DNA from: Desulfocapsa sulfexigens DSM 10523
Lineage (GTDB): Bacteria; Desulfobacterota; Desulfobulbia; Desulfobulbales; Desulfocapsaceae
DNA length: 32,000 nucleotides
Direction: 5' to 3'
Assembly (NCBI RefSeq): GCF_000341395.1
Contig: NC_020304.1
Location: 182,011 to 214,010 of the forward strand
The number at the start of each line of letters is the position of its first letter. Within the stretch, counting starts at the first letter, position 1. Under the pieces are notes generated by a model, which had not been told where the DNA came from, did no database searches, and saw only the letters and a program-made list of their open reading frames with translations. The position numbers and the translations under genes were made by a program. Below, piece by piece: positions 27,482 through 32,000 of this stretch.

Positions 27482-29602
27482 ATGGATATAGCGCCACAAC
27501 AACACTGGACTCTACGAAAACAGTTACGAACGCTCTTCCTGCTCGCTCTCACCTTTGTTGCATTTTGCTTTCTCTTTGGGTTATGGCGCGTTCAGCAATT
27601 CAATCACCACCGTATGGAGATCCAGAATTCCTCCCTGAGACTGCAGCAAAATCTCAAAGCCAATTTTGACAAGACAAAAGCTATTGGCCGTATTCAAACC
27701 CAGTTGCGTCTCTACATGCAATCCGGAAAAAAGGAGCACCTCAGCGAAACCAAAAGTGAAGCAGAAGCTCTTCTTGAAGAAATCACAGAAGAAAACAAGA
27801 ATATACTTCTTCAGTTCCTTAAAAAGGTTGATATCCTTGAGGTACGACTTGACAGCCTGAGTGAAAATAATATCAAAATTTTTCAGGCCGAAAAAAATAT
27901 CCTGACCAAATCTGGTCAAATTATCAAAACATTGCCCCCAGAGCAGTACTTCAAGTTACGTGCTGTTGTGAGCGACGCCTGCCTTGAGCATCACCATCTC
28001 TATGTAACGTCCATCATAAGCAACCAAAGTGATACCCTGATTCGAATTCAGCAGCAATTCTCCGAGTTATATGATGAGGTGGACAAACAGCTTGTGGCAT
28101 TGATGGCTGTGCTTCCAGAATCTTCCCGTGCCGGAATGGAAAGCCTTCGTGATGAATATTTCACCCTTGAAGATGGTGTACAGACTGTAACTTCAATCCG
28201 TATCACCATTACTGAAACTCAGAATCAGACAGTGAAGGTTCTGGAACAGATCAATTCTGCCATAACCACAACATCACTGGATCAGGAGGGAGAGTCTGCT
28301 CGTCTCATGGCTGACGGTCTCAGCCTGGCTCAAAGAAATCTGGTTATAATGTCAGTAAGTCTTGTGCTTGCCGCGCTCATGTTCGCGATCATCGCCTTTT
28401 TCCTCCATACCAGAATGATCAGGCCACTGGTCGATTTTATTGAACTGCTGCGCCGCATGACAGCACTTCTTGCCGGAATGCGGACAAAACAGGTATCCGA
28501 AGATGAAAACTTCCTCTCTCTTTCCAATATGTCAGACAAACGCCATGATGAGATCGGGGAAGTAGCCGAGGCAGTCAAACGACTGATTCTGCGTTTACGT
28601 GAACTATCCATATTCAGGCAGACCATTGAAGCTGATGAGATGACAAGCGAAATTTATACCCGCCTGGCTCGAATTTTTATGCATAAGCTGGGGCTTGATA
28701 CGTTTATCATTTACGAAAAAAATTCAAAATCAAAGGGGATGCTCCCTATCTACTGTCAACCTCCTGAGATCGAGGAGGACTTACCGGACTTCAGTGTAGC
28801 TGACAGGTGTCGGGCACAGCGAACCGGAACCCTTATTACCTCTCAGGATGATCTTTTAATCTGCAAGCAGTTTCCTCTTCATGATGTAATGCATCATGTT
28901 TGTATTCCCATGATGGTAGGTGGACAGGTCATTGGTGTGGTGCAGTTTTTGTATTCAATAGATCTTTCCCGGAGTGAGCACCTGAAAATCACGAGGGCTA
29001 TTGAAGAGGCTCGACACTATATTCTTGAAGCCCTGCCGGTGCTGCAGAGCAAACATCTTGCAGAAAAGCTTGAAGAGATGGCAACAGAGGATCAGCTCAC
29101 CGGATTATATAACAGGCGCTATCTTGAATCGTCCCTTGAACAGATCGTAGCCGGTGTACAGCGACGTCAGACAAAGCTTGGAGTTCTGATGTGTGATATG
29201 GACTATTTTAAACAGGTAAACGACAATTACGGACATGACGCCGGCGATGCAGTACTTATCCAGTTGGCTCAACTGTTGTCCGATTCTGTCAGAAAATCTG
29301 ATATGGTTATTCGTTTTGGAGGGGAGGAATTTCTTATTCTGCTGGTTGATTGCCAGGATTCCCAGGCAGCTCAGCTAGGAGAAAAAGTACGAAAAGTAGT
29401 CGAGGAGCACAAGTTCCAGATCGGTGGTCAGTCCATACAAAAAACTTTGAGTATTGGGGTCTCGGAATTCCCCATTGACTCCGCCAAAGGAATCTGGGAA
29501 GTGATCAAACACGCTGATGTTGCACTTTACAAGGCTAAGGAACAGGGAAGAAACAGGGTGGTTGAATTCAACCTGGAAATGTGGCCCGGTGATTCCTACT
29601 AA
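27482..29602 (+). CDS. sensor diguanylate cyclase (2 TM, helical periplasmic domain, HAMP-like, GAF-like, GGDEF)
   Basis: Active site RFGGEEF, with an RKSD (RxxD I-site) five residues upstream. DQLTGLYNRRYL starts the GGDEF domain. A GAF-like block is present (CIPMMVGGQVIGVVQF). Confidence 0.95.
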   Translation: MDIAPQQHWTLRKQLRTLFLLALTFVAFCFLFGLWRVQQFNHHRMEIQNSSLRLQQNLKANFDKTKAIGRIQTQLRLYMQSGKKEHLSETKSEAEALLEEITEENKNILLQFLKKVDILEVRLDSLSENNIKIFQAEKNILTKSGQIIKTLPPEQYFKLRAVVSDACLEHHHLYVTSIISNQSDTLIRIQQQFSELYDEVDKQLVALMAVLPESSRAGMESLRDEYFTLEDGVQTVTSIRITITETQNQTVKVLEQINSAITTTSLDQEGESARLMADGLSLAQRNLVIMSVSLVLAALMFAIIAFFLHTRMIRPLVDFIELLRRMTALLAGMRTKQVSEDENFLSLSNMSDKRHDEIGEVAEAVKRLILRLRELSIFRQTIEADEMTSEIYTRLARIFMHKLGLDTFIIYEKNSKSKGMLPIYCQPPEIEEDLPDFSVADRCRAQRTGTLITSQDDLLICKQFPLHDVMHHVCIPMMVGGQVIGVVQFLYSIDLSRSEHLKITRAIEEARHYILEALPVLQSKHLAEKLEEMATEDQLTGLYNRRYLESSLEQIVAGVQRRQTKLGVLMCDMDYFKQVNDNYGHDAGDAVLIQLAQLLSDSVRKSDMVIRFGGEEFLILLVDCQDSQAAQLGEKVRKVVEEHKFQIGGQSIQKTLSIGVSEFPIDSAKGIWEVIKHADVALYKAKEQGRNRVVEFNLEMWPGDSY

Positions 29603-29682
29603 CAGCCGTTACAGGCTCAACAACACCCCCGTATTAATAATTTGACTGCATACCAAGCGCAGCCATTTTTGTTCGTCATCAG

Positions 29683-29731
29683 AATCCCCCTGCCCATATC
29701 AGATATGATCTGCACAGGGGGATTTTCTTTT
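29683..29731 (+). terminator. rho-independent terminator after the diguanylate cyclase gene
   Basis: ATCCCCCTG (29684-29692) pairs with CAGGGGGAT (29715-29723). TTTCTTTTATT follows the stem. Confidence 0.6.
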
Positions 29732-29784
29732 ATTCCATCCTGATTCTCCAGCCATTTGTCCGACTAGATACTCAAAAGGACGGA

Positions 29785-31329
29785 CTAGAAGCGGACATCC
29801 ATCAGAAAATAGTAGTTATCAAGGGTTGCATCAGACTCAATGGGGGCACCAATATGCTGTCCACTCCCGCTGTAATCGTAATCAATATGGATATATCCTG
29901 CTCTGAAGAACAGGTACCTGTTTATCGGCTGGATGTAATAGAGATCATAGACACTGCCCCTGGTTGCCAGTTTGTTGAAAAGGTCGGGCGTCCCCATGGT
30001 CATGCTAAACCAGTATTCAGACCCTTTGTTGTACTCAAAACCAATTTTAGGCATATTGAGAGCTTCAATCGGCATGGTATAACGTAAACCGGTATAAAAG
30101 GAATACCCCGAGTGATTCGACTGTCCGTCAGATGATAAGAGTCCGAATGCCCCCAAAGGCGCATTTCCATTTGCCTTACTCCGATTACCACCATAGGAAA
30201 AGAAAAGGTCCAGTCCAGTGGCTGCGATATCAGAGGCCTGCAAGTGTATCCCCCAGAGATCCATATCCCCAAGATCCACATTGGCCATGCCGGTTTCATA
30301 GAGGTTGGGGCCAGTAAGGTAAAACGGAAGATCCCACACTTTGGCATAACTTAACACCGCAAGACTGTTTTTTAAGCCTGGAATCTTTGTTTCAAAAAAG
30401 GTGGCTGCCATGGTTGAATCGCCGGCCTCACCGTCATCAAAGAAAGGAAAAGCTGAGCCAGTATTATTGTCATCGTCTGAGTGGTAGGCCTTTCCGTAGG
30501 CAAAACGCCACCCGGCCTCCTTGAGACCGGTATAACGATCAAGACCAAAGGTCACTACAATTCCATCATTTTCACCATCAAAAAGCAGGGCAGGATATGT
30601 TGATTGACGCAGCCTGTTTTCTCTGTACTCAAAAGGAGGTCCTTCAGTGGACGGATGGCGGCCAACGGTAATTGCAAGAGGAATTGGGAATCCTGAAGGA
30701 ATCCAGTCAACATACGCTCTGTCTACCCAGAGGTTACTGCTTCCAGGGCGATGACCACGATTAAAATCATTCAGCATATATGAAGCGCTGGCATCATCGC
30801 TGTCTCCCCAGTTTTTATACATCGCCAGGCGACCATGAAATTGAAGGGAGTCTGAAATTTCTGCCTCCATGTTGATGCGAAAGCGGTTTGTCCAGTTGTT
30901 GGAGTCACTCTCCTTGTCATGATAAGTCATTGCTGCACCCATGGCCTGCGTCGGGCTCATACCCGCCATCACGTTCTGCTGAAAACCCGTCATGTCAATG
31001 GTGTTATAATTTTTTGCCCTATAATTATCAGCTCTTACCCGAAGTTCTGCACCAAAATTCATTTTATTCTGGACACTTTTGGTCTCAAGATCATCAATAG
31101 TGTTGTAAATAATATTGATGTCTTCTGTTACTTTTTCATAATGGGCTTCTGGAACGTTCACGGCCCGCTGAGGAGTTGATTCAAGAATTTCAACGCGCCG
31201 CTGCAGGGCATCCAGTCTGTTCATTATCGCCTTATAGTCTTCTGCCGGGATGGTTACAGTTTCACCCTCAGCATATGCACTGCCAGCCATAGTCAGCATC
31301 ATGCCAACACTTACCAGAGTCTTCTTCAT
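29785..31329 (-). CDS. outer-membrane beta-barrel protein with an N-terminal coiled coil (DUF3373-like)
   Basis: I prefer the ATG at 31329, which has an AGGAGG 6 nt upstream, over the track start at 31389. Signal peptide MKKTLVSVGMMLTMAGSAYA. Coiled coil: AIMNRLDALQRRVEILE. The body is Gly/aromatic-rich with an alternating pattern and ends YYFLMDVRF, a C-terminal Phe OMP signature. Confidence 0.75.
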   Translation of the reverse strand: MKKTLVSVGMMLTMAGSAYAEGETVTIPAEDYKAIMNRLDALQRRVEILESTPQRAVNVPEAHYEKVTEDINIIYNTIDDLETKSVQNKMNFGAELRVRADNYRAKNYNTIDMTGFQQNVMAGMSPTQAMGAAMTYHDKESDSNNWTNRFRINMEAEISDSLQFHGRLAMYKNWGDSDDASASYMLNDFNRGHRPGSSNLWVDRAYVDWIPSGFPIPLAITVGRHPSTEGPPFEYRENRLRQSTYPALLFDGENDGIVVTFGLDRYTGLKEAGWRFAYGKAYHSDDDNNTGSAFPFFDDGEAGDSTMAATFFETKIPGLKNSLAVLSYAKVWDLPFYLTGPNLYETGMANVDLGDMDLWGIHLQASDIAATGLDLFFSYGGNRSKANGNAPLGAFGLLSSDGQSNHSGYSFYTGLRYTMPIEALNMPKIGFEYNKGSEYWFSMTMGTPDLFNKLATRGSVYDLYYIQPINRYLFFRAGYIHIDYDYSGSGQHIGAPIESDATLDNYYFLMDVRF

Positions 31330-31388
31330 CTCTGTCCTCCTGCTGTTCACTTTAGCGAAAATCGGATTACCCGCAATTTTGTTCATCA

Positions 31389-31709
31389 TTATTTGCCTTG
31401 TTTGGGAATAATCGCAGCAACAGGATGATCACTACCTGCTGCATGATTCTGTAAAAACACAACGATCTGATTCATTTCATCAGCATTGATTGTTCCATTA
31501 AGATCTCCGGGGTGCCTATCTCGTTTAAAATACTTAGCCCAGACAACACCAGCTTTAGCTGCCGGGTTGACAGGTTCTGCCCCTCCTCCCTTCTTGTGAC
31601 ACGAACCGCATCTTTCGAGAAATATATCAAGGTCACTGGCAACTACCATGGAAGACAGGAGCAAAAAGAAACACGCTGTCACTGCAGTATATATAAACTT
31701 TTCGTTCAA
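31389..31709 (-). CDS. periplasmic monoheme c-type cytochrome
   Basis: The start is TTG with a GGAGG 8 nt upstream. A signal-like N-terminus is present. There is a single CGSCH heme-binding motif and a candidate distal Met in DEMNQI. Confidence 0.8.
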   Translation of the reverse strand: MNEKFIYTAVTACFFLLLSSMVVASDLDIFLERCGSCHKKGGGAEPVNPAAKAGVVWAKYFKRDRHPGDLNGTINADEMNQIVVFLQNHAAGSDHPVAAIIPKQGK

Positions 31710-31730
31710 TCAACGTGCCTCCGGCTTTGA

Positions 31731-32000
31731 TTATTTTGGAATTGCTGCAGCCACCGGGTGATCACTATCCGCGGCATGCTCCTGGAGGAATCCAAGAATA
31801 GTCATCATTTCATCATTGCTGATCCGAACTGAAAGGTCAACGGGATGTCGTCCCCGCTTAAAATACTTACTCCAGACGACTCCAGCTTTGTCAGCAGGAT
31901 TAACCGGAGCAGCTTCACCACCTTTTTTATGACATACGCCACATTTCTGGACAAAGACTGTTGCGGCATCATCGGCAAATGCAGGGGTGAGCATCACCAG
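31731..32000 (-). CDS. periplasmic monoheme c-type cytochrome, paralogue of the downstream gene (5' end beyond the window)
   Basis: CGVCH motif. By my hand alignment it is about 70% identical to the neighbouring cytochrome over ~70 residues. The frame stays open to the window edge (...LVMLTPAFADD), so the signal peptide is cut off. Confidence 0.8.
   Translation of the reverse strand: MVMLTPAFADDAATVFVQKCGVCHKKGGEAAPVNPADKAGVVWSKYFKRGRHPVDLSVRISNDEMMTILGFLQEHAADSDHPVAAAIPK

Noticed and set aside
31330-31389. A 20-codon N-terminal extension of the beta-barrel ORF, which would give a one-base overlap with the cytochrome stop.
   Set aside because: The internal ATG at 31329 is preceded by AGGAGG at ideal spacing and starts a textbook signal peptide. 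The extension has neither feature.
1-32000. A scan of the whole window for CRISPR repeats, tRNA/rRNA genes, IS elements or integrases, sigma54 -24/-12 boxes and c-di-GMP riboswitch cores in the longer spacers.
   Set aside because: I found no periodic repeat array, no cloverleaf-like or rRNA-like segments, no transposase or recombinase motifs, and no convincing TGGCAC-N5-TTGC or GEMM-like consensus by eye. A covariance-model scan (Infernal/Rfam, tRNAscan-SE) would be the decisive check.

Overview
The window looks like ordinary chromosomal DNA, densely coded on both strands. I found no rRNA, tRNA, CRISPR array, transposase or integrase. Gene content includes c-type cytochromes, a rhodanese, a nitroreductase, a molybdoenzyme and many c-di-GMP/cAMP/chemotaxis sensors. 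Together with an apparently mid-range GC content (not computed), this suggests an anaerobic Desulfobacterota-like proteobacterium, but that is inference only.

Genes from left to right:
- GT25-like glycosyltransferase
- hybrid PAS histidine kinase
- orphan periplasmic binding protein
- a tightly coupled three-gene unit: MMPL/RND-type exporter fused to a SAM methyltransferase, a cytoplasmic molybdopterin oxidoreductase, and a membrane-anchored NodB deacetylase
- amidohydrolase and a flavodoxin-like reductase
- exonuclease I (sbcB)
- receiver-class III nucleotide cyclase, divergent from an RCK-gated K+ channel followed by a YcgR-like PilZ protein
- a minus-strand run: rhodanese/ferritin-like fusion, a cryptic ferredoxin-like mini-ORF, a secreted Cys-rich repeat protein, a YgjP-type metallopeptidase, a nitroreductase and pdxH
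- a decayed livF-like ABC ATPase fragment and a small EF-hand protein
- an MCP
- an EamA fragment plus a full DMT permease
- AEC permease
- an unlisted DUF1737-like mini-ORF
- a GGDEF diguanylate cyclase
- at the right edge, two tandem monoheme cytochrome c paralogues upstream of a coiled-coil/beta-barrel outer-membrane protein

The most unusual items are:
- the exporter-methyltransferase/Mo-enzyme/deacetylase unit
- the Cys-rich repeat protein
- the cytochrome-barrel operon
- the frame-broken ferredoxin-like ORF

All family calls come from motif recognition by eye. No database search was run.
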